Positions 1 to 9,124 of a stretch of DNA of 64,000 nucleotides are shown here, piece after piece. The position numbers and the translations under genes are program-made. How positions within the stretch are numbered: the stretch's first letter is position 1; the number at the start of each line of letters is the position of its first letter. Under the pieces are notes generated by a model. That model was not told where the DNA came from. It searched no databases and saw nothing but the letters and a program-made list of their open reading frames with translations. Source of the stretch: Anaerolineae bacterium (lineage in GTDB: Bacteria; Chloroflexota; Anaerolineae; JACRMK01); the NCBI GenBank assembly GCA_038198935.1, contig JBBPZQ010000103.1, forward strand, positions 25,649 through 89,648, in the 5' to 3' direction.

Positions 1-197
1 AAGCACAAATTAGATGCGTTTGCCCGTTTGCTCGTTTGCTCACACACATTGACGACGCTCGGCAACTATGATACACTCTGCTCATCTTACGGAAGGAGGC
101 GCACAGTTCGATGGCAGCCAAATTGATGAACGTTAACGCAATGCTCGAACTGAGTGCGCCTGCCGCGCGGTAATCTTCCTCTAAGTTTAGATGCCTC

Positions 198-230
198 GCC
201 ACGGGTGCGCTCGCACCCGTGGCTTTTTTT
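198..230 (+). terminator. Rho-independent terminator (hairpin GCCACGGGTGCG/CGCACCCGTGGC followed by T7)
   Basis: Perfect 12-bp inverted repeat with 2-nt loop followed by TTTTTTT, seen directly. Confidence 0.7.
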
Positions 231-257
231 GCGCCTTGCGCCGTTCGCGTGCGCACT

Positions 258-288
258 GCCACGGGCAATATCGGCTCGTGGCTTTTTT
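258..288 (+). terminator. Second tandem terminator-like hairpin (GCCACGGG...CTCGTGGC + T6)
   Basis: Imperfect 8-bp stem with 9-nt loop followed by TTTTTT, 28 nt after the first terminator. Confidence 0.5.
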
Positions 289-424
289 GCACCACGTTGA
301 AAATTCCGAATGTTGGTCCGAATGTTGGATTGTATGCGCGCATGCTGCGGCGCACAGAAACCAAAGACCGCGCGGGTCGCGTAGATCCGCGCGGTCGCGC
401 CACGACTGAAGGAGTCACCACACC

Positions 425-1360
425 ATGAAGAACTACGTCCACTATCTCGACGTATTTGAGCGCGATGGCTTCGAGAAGCGCAAGAAGATGCGCCGCAAAC
501 CGAAGAGCAGTACGGGGCAGACGACCGAACATCTGGCCGCCTCAGCCGATCACACCGAACTCGTGCTGAAGATGACCTATCGCCCCGCGCGCTTCGAGGC
601 GGAATGGCTCACCGATTACCTGAGCGGCTTCTACGACGACATGCAGATCACGGATGTGCTGCGCAACGTGAAGGGCGGCAAAGAGGCGACGGTCTATTGC
701 TGCCGCGCGCATCCGAACACCGGTTGCGATTTAGTCGCCGCGAAAGTCTATCGCCCACAGAAGCTGCGCAACCTGCGCAACGACGCGCTCTATCGCGAAG
801 GGCGCGTCACGCTCGACGATGCGGGCAAAGGCATCGTGCGCGGGCGGCGTCCGAAGGTGGCGATGCAGAAGCACACTCACTTCGGACAAGAACTGCGCCA
901 TACCTCGTGGCTCGGTCACGAGTACGCGACGATGCAGTTGCTGCACGCGGCGGGCGTGAGCGTGCCCAGGCCGATTGCCAGCAGCGACAACGTGATCTTG
1001 ATGGAATATGTTGGCGACGAGACCGATGCCGCGCCGCCGCTGCACGCCGTCCGACTCGAACGCGGCGAGGCACGCGTGCTGTTCGAGCGACTGATGCGCG
1101 ACGTGGAGACGATACTGGTCAACAACCGCATACACGGCGACCTGTCGGCCTACAATGTGCTGTACTGGGAAGGTGCAGTGAAGATCATTGACTTTCCGCA
1201 AGCGGTTGATCCGTTTGTCAACCCGCGCGCGTTCGATCTACTCGTGCGTGACGTGACGCGCCTCTGCGAATATTTCGCGCGCTACGGCATTGACGTAAAC
1301 GGCGCGCGGCGCGCGCATGAGATGTGGGAGCGATGCTTTCCTGTAGAGGGCATTACATGA
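425..1360 (+). CDS. RIO-type serine/threonine protein kinase
   Basis: 311-aa ORF; RIO kinase motifs (VYRPQKLRNLRND, HGDLSAYNVLYWEG, IIDFPQAVD); AAGGAG RBS 6 nt upstream of the ATG. Confidence 0.8.
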   Translation: MKNYVHYLDVFERDGFEKRKKMRRKPKSSTGQTTEHLAASADHTELVLKMTYRPARFEAEWLTDYLSGFYDDMQITDVLRNVKGGKEATVYCCRAHPNTGCDLVAAKVYRPQKLRNLRNDALYREGRVTLDDAGKGIVRGRRPKVAMQKHTHFGQELRHTSWLGHEYATMQLLHAAGVSVPRPIASSDNVILMEYVGDETDAAPPLHAVRLERGEARVLFERLMRDVETILVNNRIHGDLSAYNVLYWEGAVKIIDFPQAVDPFVNPRAFDLLVRDVTRLCEYFARYGIDVNGARRAHEMWERCFPVEGIT

Positions 1361-1438
1361 CTAAACTGTTATTCTGAGCGAACTCCTGCGCTTCGCTATG
1401 GAGCCGCAGGCTTTGACGATTTCGGGAAGTAAGACGAC

Positions 1439-1804
1439 TCATGCAATCAACTTGCATCTCGTCGGCAGCGCGCGTTCATATTCAACGTCGGCGCAGTAGC
1501 GATCGAACGCGTGCGCCAGAATCTCCTGCAGGCGCCAGTCCGCATCGCGGCTGACGCGCTCGCGCAGGAAGCGCAATGCCTCACGCGACTGTGCCGCACA
1601 CATGCCGACGATGAACGTGGCGATCATGCGCGTCTGATGCACATCTAATGCGAACAATTGCTTCGCGAGGTGCAGACTCTCCGCGTGTGTATGGCTCGCC
1701 ACGATTTCGTCGGCGGCGCTGCGCAGATCGCCGAAGCCATCAGTGGTGCGCCGCGCGCGGCGACTGACGCGATCAGTCGCCACACGCGGTTGTGCGAAAG
1801 CCAT
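1439..1804 (-). CDS. hypothetical protein, possibly HEAT-like / DNA-alkylation-repair-like C-terminal fragment
   Basis: 121-aa ORF whose ATG overlaps the upstream VOC gene stop by 1 nt (TGATG coupling); weak resemblance only. Confidence 0.35.
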   Translation of the reverse strand: MAFAQPRVATDRVSRRARRTTDGFGDLRSAADEIVASHTHAESLHLAKQLFALDVHQTRMIATFIVGMCAAQSREALRFLRERVSRDADWRLQEILAHAFDRYCADVEYERALPTRCKLIA

Positions 1805-2163
1805 CAGCCTTGCGGGTTCATGTCCTTGTACACGCCAATGCGATTGCCCGATGGGTCGGCGAACATCGCAAACCAGCCGATGCCGGGAATCTCCGTCTTG
1901 GGTTCGAGCGTCTTGCCGCCGAGCGATTCGGCTTTCTTGAGGAACGATTCGATGTCGTCGGTGGCGACATAGATGACCACACCGCCACTGCTGTTCTCGG
2001 GCCCGGTGAAGCCGCCGCCAGGTCCGCCTTCCGCTCTAAAGGTGTAGTAGTTGAACTGCGGGGCATGGTCAATCTGCCAGCCGCACAATTCCTTGTAGAA
2101 CTCGCTCGCGGCTTTGGTGTCCTTTGCCGCAATCTCGACGTGCACGATCGGGTGAGTCTTCAT
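1804..2163 (-). CDS. VOC family protein (glyoxalase/bleomycin-resistance fold)
   Basis: 119 aa, HVEIAAKD...GWFAMFADPSGNRIGVY typical of the VOC superfamily. Confidence 0.85.
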   Translation of the reverse strand: MKTHPIVHVEIAAKDTKAASEFYKELCGWQIDHAPQFNYYTFRAEGGPGGGFTGPENSSGGVVIYVATDDIESFLKKAESLGGKTLEPKTEIPGIGWFAMFADPSGNRIGVYKDMNPQG

Positions 2164-2236
2164 CTGGAGCCTCCTGAATTGGGTTTGCGTTACGGCTTGT
2201 CACTGCACGTTGCAATGACTGTGTGTAACTGATGGG

Positions 2237-2617
2237 TTAAGATTTTTTCTGCGTCCGCGATTTCGCTTCTGTCCATGCTGCCTTGACGAGCCGCTTCAGC
2301 GCGGGACGGTGCGCTTCGGTCAGCGTTCTCACTTTGACATGCCTCATGCGCTTGCCTTCGCCTTCCAACAACTGTTCGGCATCGTCTAAGTAGCCGCCAT
2401 AGTCGAAGCCGAAGCGCACGTAGTCCTGTATCGGGCAAATGTAAACGATGCGGTTGCGCATGGATTCGCGGAACGAATACCCGAAGTGATTATGCCGCGC
2501 GACGAGGATTTCGTGCGCCTGCGGCATCGTGCACTTGACGAGCGCGCGCAGTGCGCGGCTGATCGTTCGGATGTCGTCTGGATAGCGCGCCAGAAATTCC
2601 TCGACAGCATCGCTCAT
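2237..2617 (-). CDS. DUF1801 domain protein (YdhG-like)
   Basis: 126 aa; DUF1801-like C-terminal region (RPALKRLVKAAWTEA). Confidence 0.7.
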   Translation of the reverse strand: MSDAVEEFLARYPDDIRTISRALRALVKCTMPQAHEILVARHNHFGYSFRESMRNRIVYICPIQDYVRFGFDYGGYLDDAEQLLEGEGKRMRHVKVRTLTEAHRPALKRLVKAAWTEAKSRTQKKS

Positions 2618-2618
2618 A

Positions 2619-3002
2619 TCACATCAACTTGCCGCGCTTGAATTTGTCCACGCCGCGCCGTGTCAACTGCGCCAACTCGCGGAACAGTTTTGGATCGGAC
2701 GCTTTGAAATTGAAACACGCTTTGCCTTGCATGTGCCGGCGCAGGTCGTCCGAGATGCCGTCGAGCAGTTCGGGAAAGACGTACACTGGGACCAAGTGAT
2801 AACTGACATAGTTCTTTTTGATCTGTACCGCGCCGAACATCAATTCCTTCTTCCACTGTTCGGCGTATGGCGTGCTCAGACAATAATTCTGCGGTGTGTC
2901 AGCGACGACGACGAGGCGCGGCTCGTGTTTTTGCAAGATCGCTTTCAGTTGCGCGAACACTGCCGAGAAGTCGGCTTGAGTTGTTTTCATCAAGGCAGCC
3001 AA
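2619..3002 (-). CDS. DUF1801 domain protein
   Basis: 127 aa; second DUF1801-like paralog directly upstream of the first. Start may be at MKTTQ (2990), overlapping the upstream VOC stop. Confidence 0.65.
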   Translation of the reverse strand: MAALMKTTQADFSAVFAQLKAILQKHEPRLVVVADTPQNYCLSTPYAEQWKKELMFGAVQIKKNYVSYHLVPVYVFPELLDGISDDLRRHMQGKACFNFKASDPKLFRELAQLTRRGVDKFKRGKLM

Positions 3003-3391
3003 TATTCCAGTTGGATATTGTCGGGGTCACGGAAGGCGACATACCAGTTTCCTGATGGCTTGAACTGTTCAACGCCGTTCGTCTCGACGCCTGCCGCTTG
3101 CAGCGTCGCGGTCAGTTCGTGCAGTGCCTCCATGCTCGGCGCACGAAACGAGATGTGATCAAGCCCGATACGGAACTCGCTGAAGCGGTCGGCGGCGATG
3201 GGCTTCGCCGACGGAATGAGGAAGAACCACATGTCGCTCAACATGAAATAGAATCCGCCGTGCGGCAGCATCTTCACGTCGAAGCCGAGCAGGTCGCCGT
3301 AGAACGCGCGCGAGCGTTCCAAATCGGAGATAGTGAGGATGATGTGGTCGAGTCCTATGGGTTGCATCTGTTTTAGTTCTCCCAATTGCAC
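2990..3391 (-). CDS. VOC family protein
   Basis: 133 aa; GLDHIILTISDLERSRAFY and GLDHISFRAP glyoxalase motifs. Confidence 0.8.
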   Translation of the reverse strand: MQLGELKQMQPIGLDHIILTISDLERSRAFYGDLLGFDVKMLPHGGFYFMLSDMWFFLIPSAKPIAADRFSEFRIGLDHISFRAPSMEALHELTATLQAAGVETNGVEQFKPSGNWYVAFRDPDNIQLEYWLP

Positions 3392-3421
3392 GACGATGAC
3401 TCTGCGGTTGTCAAGCAGCGA

Positions 3422-3805
3422 TCAAGCCTGATAAAGCTGGATGAGGTTGCCGCACGTGTCGTCAAATACGGCGATGGTCACGGGTCCCATTTGCGTTGGC
3501 TCCTGAGCGAACTTCACGCCCAGCGCCTTCATGCGCGCAAACTCACTTTGAATATCGTCAACGGCAAACGCGGTTAACGGTATGCCCTGCTCGAACAGAG
3601 CCTGTTGATAGGTCTTGGCGGCTGGGTTGACGTTTGGCTCCAACAGCAGCTCCGTGCCGTTGGGTTCGTCGGGCGAGACGACGGTCAGCCATTTGAACTC
3701 ACCGAGCGGGACGTCTTGTTTCTTCACGAATCCCAAGACCTCCATGTAAAACTTGAGCGCCTTGTCTTGGTCGTCCACGAAGACGCTATTCAGTCGAATT
3801 TTCAT
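3422..3805 (-). CDS. VOC family protein
   Basis: 127 aa; glyoxalase-like fold motifs. Confidence 0.8.
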   Translation of the reverse strand: MKIRLNSVFVDDQDKALKFYMEVLGFVKKQDVPLGEFKWLTVVSPDEPNGTELLLEPNVNPAAKTYQQALFEQGIPLTAFAVDDIQSEFARMKALGVKFAQEPTQMGPVTIAVFDDTCGNLIQLYQA

Positions 3806-3901
3806 TAAGGTCTTCCTCTTATGGTCTGCTGCAATCAGTGTAATAGCGCAGTGTCCCCGATGCTGTCGCTTGTTTTTACTGCACGATGTCAGCGCTCATT
3901 A

Positions 3902-4447
3902 TTATTTTCTGACAGGCTGGTACGTGAGGAGCACCACACCCGTGCGGGTCGTTTTGGAATCTACAAGTTTCATTCGCTTTAGATCGCTCCCATCCGTAAA
4001 GAGACGCTTGCCCTTACCCACAACGACAGGATGAATCATCAGCATCAATTCATCAAGCAGATCGTTTTGCAGCAGAGATCGAACAAGGGTGGGACTACCC
4101 TGGACTCCAATGTTCTTGCCGGGTTGCTGCTTGAGCTTGGCGATTTCCTCGGCGAGATTTCCCGTGATCAGTGTTGAGTTTTTCCACTCGACCTTTTTCA
4201 GAGTCGTTGAGACGATGTACTTGGGCACGTTGTTAATAAAGCTTGCATACGGTTCGTCAGTCGCGGTGGGCCAGTAGGATGCCCAATCCTGATAGGTCAC
4301 TCGCCCGAGCAGAGCGGCATCCAGTTCAGCGAGGGCTGTCCCCATGGCGGTCATCATGTCCTCGTCAAAGTTGTCGAATTGCCATTTGTCGGGCGATTCC
4401 GTAACGCCGTCCAGTGAGGTGAACAGTGCTGAAACGACTTGTCTCAT
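3902..4447 (-). CDS. dihydrofolate reductase family protein (RibD C-terminal domain, YwjB-like)
   Basis: 181 aa; FTSLDGV...GRVTYQDWASYWP...PKYIVSTTL...IHPVVVGKG motifs of the RibD_C/DHFR-like family. Confidence 0.8.
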   Translation of the reverse strand: MRQVVSALFTSLDGVTESPDKWQFDNFDEDMMTAMGTALAELDAALLGRVTYQDWASYWPTATDEPYASFINNVPKYIVSTTLKKVEWKNSTLITGNLAEEIAKLKQQPGKNIGVQGSPTLVRSLLQNDLLDELMLMIHPVVVGKGKRLFTDGSDLKRMKLVDSKTTRTGVVLLTYQPVRK

Positions 4448-4495
4448 TCCAATTACTCCTTTGCGTTACTCATTTATGTTGATTCATTCCATTGA

Positions 4496-4660
4496 TCATG
4501 TTGACTCCGGCATCGGCGCGTCGAGGAAGGCTATGATCATCGGCAGCAGCAGCTCGGCGCGCTGTACGAGCGTCACGTGCGAAGTGCCGGGCAGGATGGC
4601 GAGCTGTGAATGCGGCAGACCGACGGGCGAATCACCGAAGACGCCGCCGCCCAGCAGCCG
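4496..4660 (-). pseudogene. 3' remnant of an alpha/beta hydrolase gene
   Basis: Translated ...LLGGGVFGDSPVGLPHSQLAILPGTSHVTLVQRAELLLPMIIAFLDAPMPEST aligns to the C-terminus of the intact hydrolase at 7582..8394 (...LLGGGKRDGSWDGSG...LAVLPATTHYDII...FLDAPMPDEKGS). No N-terminal catalytic part is present. Confidence 0.55.
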
Positions 4661-4697
4661 AAATCGAGGCCGTTGACGTTGACGTACTTGCCGTGCG

Positions 4698-5282
4698 TCA
4701 TCTCGATGCCTCGTCTGAATTTTGAGGTGCCCCGTAGTAGAGCAAAACGTTGCCATTGTGAAACGTTTTGGTTCTGAGCAGTTTCAGATTCAGTTTGTCG
4801 TTCACGCCTTGAAACAACGGTGTGCCCTTGCCCAAGACGACGGGATTCACGATGATGCGAAATTCGTCAATCAAACCTGCGGGGATGAGGCTGGCCGCCA
4901 AGTTGGCGCTGCCGAAGATCGCCATGTCTTTGCCGGGCTGCTGCTTCAAGTTCGAGATTTCTACCTCCGCGTTCTTCGCCAGCCGTGAATGGCTCCAGTC
5001 TGCGCTGTCGAGTGTTCTGGAAAAGACGACCTTTGGCAGCTCGTTCATCTTCGCGGCGACGATGGGATCGCTCTCGATGGCGACTGGCGTGGGCCAGTAA
5101 CTCGCCATGAGTTGGTAGGTGAGTCTGCCGAATAGCAGGGTGTCCAGCTCGTCGAGCTGATGAATGGCGAACTTATTGAATTCGTCGTCAACGTTATGCC
5201 AACTGATGTCGTGGTTGGGTCCCTCGAAGAAACCGTCGAGCGTGACCAAATTGAACAAGATCACTTTTCTCATCACGGTCAC
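4698..5282 (-). CDS. dihydrofolate reductase family protein (RibD C-terminal domain)
   Basis: 194 aa paralog of 3902..4447 and 8536..9105 (LTYQLMASYWP, PKVVFSRTL, VNPVVLGKG). Confidence 0.8.
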   Translation of the reverse strand: MTVMRKVILFNLVTLDGFFEGPNHDISWHNVDDEFNKFAIHQLDELDTLLFGRLTYQLMASYWPTPVAIESDPIVAAKMNELPKVVFSRTLDSADWSHSRLAKNAEVEISNLKQQPGKDMAIFGSANLAASLIPAGLIDEFRIIVNPVVLGKGTPLFQGVNDKLNLKLLRTKTFHNGNVLLYYGAPQNSDEASR

Positions 5283-5286
5283 CGCT

Positions 5287-5721
5287 TCAGGCCTTCTTGG
5301 ATTTCTTGCGCGCCGATGTCGGCTTCGATTTCGCTCGTGCTGCGGATGTCTTGGGAGCGGTGGATTTGGCGCTGTTAAGCGTGGCAGCAGCGCGCACCAA
5401 CTCTTTCAACGCACTCTCGTCGAGGGCATCGCTTTCGTAGATGTCAACGGCGCGACTCGTCTTGGCGTCTAAACCAGCGTTGAACAACCCGTGCGGATCG
5501 GGCAGGGATGCGCCCTTGAAAAAGTTGAGCTTGACATGATCGGCGAACGCTCCAACCGCGACGACATTTCCGTTGTGCGACCACACGGGCGTGTCCCATT
5601 TCCATTCCTCGACGATCTGCTGGTCTGCTTCGCGGATCAGCTGGCGCAGCCGCGCGAGCCGCTTGCCGCGCCAATCGGCCAGTTCGTTAATGTGTTTGCT
5701 GATTTGCTCTGATACGTTCAT
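5287..5721 (-). CDS. DUF1801 domain protein with Lys/Ala-rich C-terminal tail
   Basis: 144 aa; YdhG-like N-terminal region plus basic tail. Confidence 0.65.
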   Translation of the reverse strand: MNVSEQISKHINELADWRGKRLARLRQLIREADQQIVEEWKWDTPVWSHNGNVVAVGAFADHVKLNFFKGASLPDPHGLFNAGLDAKTSRAVDIYESDALDESALKELVRAAATLNSAKSTAPKTSAARAKSKPTSARKKSKKA

Positions 5722-5749
5722 CGGCTAAAGAACTCCTTCGACTCACCTG

Positions 5750-5968
5750 CTACTGGTTGGCACGGAATGACAAGCCATGTGCCGCCAGCGCGCGGCGCAG
5801 TTGCTCCAGTGCATTGGGGCCAATGCCGTGCAACCGCCTGATGTCGTCTTCAGTGAACTTCGCCAGTTGAGCGAGTCGCCGAATGCCGGCGGCCGCGAGC
5901 GCCCGCTGCGCCGGCGCAGACAGCTTGGGTAGATTACTTTCGGCCTGATGTGCTTGTTGACGCTTCAT
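5750..5968 (-). CDS. small helix-hairpin-helix DNA-binding protein
   Basis: 72 aa; LHGIGPNALEQL HhH motif. Confidence 0.45.
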   Translation of the reverse strand: MKRQQAHQAESNLPKLSAPAQRALAAAGIRRLAQLAKFTEDDIRRLHGIGPNALEQLRRALAAHGLSFRANQ

Positions 5969-6021
5969 GACTTTTCCATTTGGAGTTGCGCCGCTGAATA
6001 TGTTTCACCACACAGACAGTT

Positions 6022-6282
6022 CTAGCCGCCGCTGAGCGCCATGCTGATGCGCACCGTATCGCCGCTGTGCAGCGGGTGAGACAGGTCGCTCGCGAGTTCC
6101 TGATTGACGAAAATCTTAATGTGCTCGCGAATGCGATCCTGCTCGTTGACGACGCGAAAGCGCATGCCGGGAAATTGGCGATCCAGATCGGCAAACAGCT
6201 CCACCAGCGTCGCGCCTTCGGCCTCGACCGTGCTGCGCTTGCCTGTGTACATGCGCAGCGGCGACGGCACATAGACTTTCAT
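6022..6282 (-). CDS. MoaD/ThiS-family ubiquitin-fold protein with C-terminal Gly-Gly
   Basis: Internal start MKVYV...; ends ...ISMALSGG*; start overlaps the stop of the upstream beta-propeller gene by 4 nt (ATGA). Confidence 0.7.
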   Translation of the reverse strand: MKVYVPSPLRMYTGKRSTVEAEGATLVELFADLDRQFPGMRFRVVNEQDRIREHIKIFVNQELASDLSHPLHSGDTVRISMALSGG

Positions 6283-7451
6283 GCGGGCTCGGCGACCTCG
6301 ACGGAATAGATTTCGGGAAGCGAATGAGCCACTTGCGCCCAACTCTCGCCTTCGTCAGCGCTAGCCCACACCTCGCCGCCCGTCGTGCCGAAATAGACGC
6401 CGACGGGATCGCGCGAATCGCAGCACATCGCTTGGCGCTTCAGACTGAACCACGCATCATGCGGCGGCAGCCCCTTGTCTTGGCGTTTCCAGCTTTTGCC
6501 CCCATCGCGCGTGATGTACGTCGCGGGTTTGCCATTCGGCGTGATGCGACCGAGTGGAAAGCCGCCGTCGAGCGGGAGCAACCAGACCGTGTCGGGGTCG
6601 CGCGGGTGCAGCACGATGGGGAACGAGTAGTCGCTGATGTCGTTTTCCTTCGGCAGGTTCTCGCCAACGCGCACCCATACACCCTCGGCGCGATCCATGC
6701 GATAGACACCGCAGTGACTTTGCTGGTACATGCGATCAGGATTGAGCGGGTGGATGCGCATGCAGTGCGGCTCCGCGCCGACTTCTGCATCCAGCGGCAC
6801 GCCGAGTTCCTGACAATCTACACCTTTATTCAATGGTTTCCAGTTCGCGCCCTGATCAGTGCTCTCGAATACGCCGCTGCCATTGGCCGAGAGACAGATA
6901 TACATGTGCTTCGGGTCGCGCGGATCAATCATGATTGAGTGCAAGGTCGAGCCGTCAGGCGGACCCTCTTGTGCGGGTCCGACCCATTGAGCGTTATTGG
7001 GGTGTTCGTTGAAGCCGGACACGGCTTGCCACGTCATACCAGCATCTTCGGAGCGGAACAGAGCGGGCGGCGACGTGCCAACATACCAAACCTGCGGCTC
7101 GCTCGGATGGCCGGGCGACAACCAGAAATTGTGATTCACAACTCGGCCCGTTTGTCCTTCGGGCGCTTTGGGGAATGCGGGCGGCTTCGTAGCTTCGGTC
7201 CACGTCTTGCCCATGTCCGTCGAACGAAAGATGGTGGGCCCCAAATGCCCCGTGCGAACCGTCATGACGATCGTTTGGCGGTCGCGCGGGTCCATCACCA
7301 TGTGATTCACGATGTTGCCGACGAACATGCCGTCGGACAGTTTCCACGTGCTGCGCGTTTCATCGCCATGAATGATGAACGCACCCTTGCGTGTGCCGAC
7401 CAGCAGCGAGAGTGCACCACGACCATTGCTCTTACCAGCGGTGTTTGACAT
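6279..7451 (-). CDS. BNR/Asp-box repeat beta-propeller protein (sialidase-like / glycosyl hydrolase BNR-repeat family)
   Basis: 390 aa; repeated S-x-D-x-G-x-T-W motifs (STDMGKTW, SEDAGMTW, STDQGANW, TRDGGKSW, SADEGESW). Confidence 0.7.
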   Translation of the reverse strand: MSNTAGKSNGRGALSLLVGTRKGAFIIHGDETRSTWKLSDGMFVGNIVNHMVMDPRDRQTIVMTVRTGHLGPTIFRSTDMGKTWTEATKPPAFPKAPEGQTGRVVNHNFWLSPGHPSEPQVWYVGTSPPALFRSEDAGMTWQAVSGFNEHPNNAQWVGPAQEGPPDGSTLHSIMIDPRDPKHMYICLSANGSGVFESTDQGANWKPLNKGVDCQELGVPLDAEVGAEPHCMRIHPLNPDRMYQQSHCGVYRMDRAEGVWVRVGENLPKENDISDYSFPIVLHPRDPDTVWLLPLDGGFPLGRITPNGKPATYITRDGGKSWKRQDKGLPPHDAWFSLKRQAMCCDSRDPVGVYFGTTGGEVWASADEGESWAQVAHSLPEIYSVEVAEPA

Positions 7452-7581
7452 TGTGTCTCCTCTTGTTTTGACTCGTGCACGCTTCGGAATCGCTCAGTTG
7501 TAAAGGCGTTACCGACTTCATCGGTGGGAGGTCTCCAGAGACCGATGTCGGGGTCAGAGACGCCTCCTACATTCTAATTGC

Positions 7582-8394
7582 TTAACTCCCTTTTTCATCG
7601 GGCATTGGCGCATCGAGGAACGACGTGACGACAGGCGCGAGCATTGGCGACATGATGATGTCGTAATGTGTCGTGGCCGGCAGGACGGCGAGCCGAGCAT
7701 TGGACATGCCCGATCCATCCCAGCTGCCGTCGCGTTTGCCGCCGCCCAGCAGCGCGAAGAACTCCGCAGCCTGAGCAGGGCTGATGCCGTCGGCATCGCC
7801 CATCACGATCAGCGTCGGCATCTTCAACAAAGCAACTGCCTCCGACCAGTCATAGTCCTGTGCGACGAGTTTGCCTGTCTTGCTCACCAGCGTCGTCCAA
7901 CCTTGCGGATCGGGTGCGACGCTCACATAGGCTTGGTGCATCGGCGACCCGACCCATGCCTGAGCCGACTCGGCATTGATCATTTTCATTGCCGCGCGCA
8001 TTTCGGAATACCAGGCATCGCTCTTGTGCGCGGTTGAGACGAGCGCCAGCTTGCGGATCACTTCGGGGTGTCGAATGGCGGTTTGCAGCGCGACACCGCC
8101 GCCGAGCGAGTAGCCCATCATGTCGGCTTTTTCAAAGCCAAGTTGCTGGATGAGCGCGGCGATGTCGTCCGCCATCTGCTCGAACGACATGGCGCGATTG
8201 AGCGCGCGCGTACGCCCATGCGCTTCCAACTCTATGGCGATGACCTGTCGGTTCTCGGCAAGCGCTGGCAGCACATCGGCGAACATCCCGATCACGCCCA
8301 TGCCGCCGTGCATCAGGATTAACGGCTTGCCCGTGCCGTAGGTCTCGTAATACATCTGCAGACCGTTCACACTTGCATAGTTGCCTTGTGTCAT
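7582..8394 (-). CDS. alpha/beta hydrolase
   Basis: 270 aa; HGGMG, GYSLGG nucleophile elbow, C-terminal His region. Confidence 0.85.
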   Translation of the reverse strand: MTQGNYASVNGLQMYYETYGTGKPLILMHGGMGVIGMFADVLPALAENRQVIAIELEAHGRTRALNRAMSFEQMADDIAALIQQLGFEKADMMGYSLGGGVALQTAIRHPEVIRKLALVSTAHKSDAWYSEMRAAMKMINAESAQAWVGSPMHQAYVSVAPDPQGWTTLVSKTGKLVAQDYDWSEAVALLKMPTLIVMGDADGISPAQAAEFFALLGGGKRDGSWDGSGMSNARLAVLPATTHYDIIMSPMLAPVVTSFLDAPMPDEKGS

Positions 8395-8535
8395 AATCTT
8401 TTCCCCAATATGACTCTCACGATCCAGGTCGTGTCCGGGTCAACGTTTTTGTCTTGAAACTGTACGCGTCGCATTTTACTTTCTGGCGGATGGCGACGTC
8501 GTTAAACTCCTTAAAGCTGCGCCATCGCAGATACG

Positions 8536-9105
8536 TCAGGCGATCGGCTTGTAGCATAGGAATACTTTCCCGTTCTTGAAGGTCCGCATCTTGCTTAGCT
8601 TGAGCGGCATCTTCTCTTGGACGCCATCGAACAGCGTCCTGCCACGCCCGATGACGACGGGATTCACTACGAGCTGGTATTCGTCAATCAACCCCGCCTG
8701 CGCCAACTGCGAGACGATGCTGCCGCTTCCCAAAATCGCCATAGCGGGTCCGGGCTCGTCCTTCAGCTTGCGTACTGCCGCCGCGAGGTTGCCCTTCACC
8801 AAGGTCGTATTGTTCCACGACGCTTTGTCCAGCGTTGTCGAGAACACGATCTTCGGCATCCGGTTCATACCTTCAGCTACGACAGGATCGTTCTGCAACG
8901 CAGCGGCTGTGGGCCAATAGCTGGCCATCAGCTCATACGTAATCCTGCCGAGCAATAACTGACCGCCGCCCTTTGCATTATCAGCGACGAACGCATCAAA
9001 CTCTGCATCCGCGTCCCCCGTGTGCGCCCAACTAAAGTCGTAGGGGTTCAGTGCGGCGAAGAATCCATCCAGGGTTACGTTGTTGAAGACGACCAATTTC
9101 CGCAT
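8536..9105 (-). CDS. dihydrofolate reductase family protein (RibD C-terminal domain)
   Basis: Start at MRKLVVFNNVTLDG; paralog of 3902 and 4698 genes. Confidence 0.8.
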   Translation of the reverse strand: MRKLVVFNNVTLDGFFAALNPYDFSWAHTGDADAEFDAFVADNAKGGGQLLLGRITYELMASYWPTAAALQNDPVVAEGMNRMPKIVFSTTLDKASWNNTTLVKGNLAAAVRKLKDEPGPAMAILGSGSIVSQLAQAGLIDEYQLVVNPVVIGRGRTLFDGVQEKMPLKLSKMRTFKNGKVFLCYKPIA

Positions 9106-9124
9106 CTTGCTTCTCCTTTGGCCA

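Noticed and set aside
604-1191. 195-aa ORF overlapping the RIO kinase gene in another frame, plus minus-strand ORFs 731..1201
   Set aside because: RIO kinase frame has conserved kinase motifs and RBS; overlapping frames are Arg-rich artefacts.
6324-7448. Plus-strand ORFs 6324..6938 and 6939..7448
   Set aside because: Antisense to the BNR beta-propeller gene with repeated Asp-box motifs.
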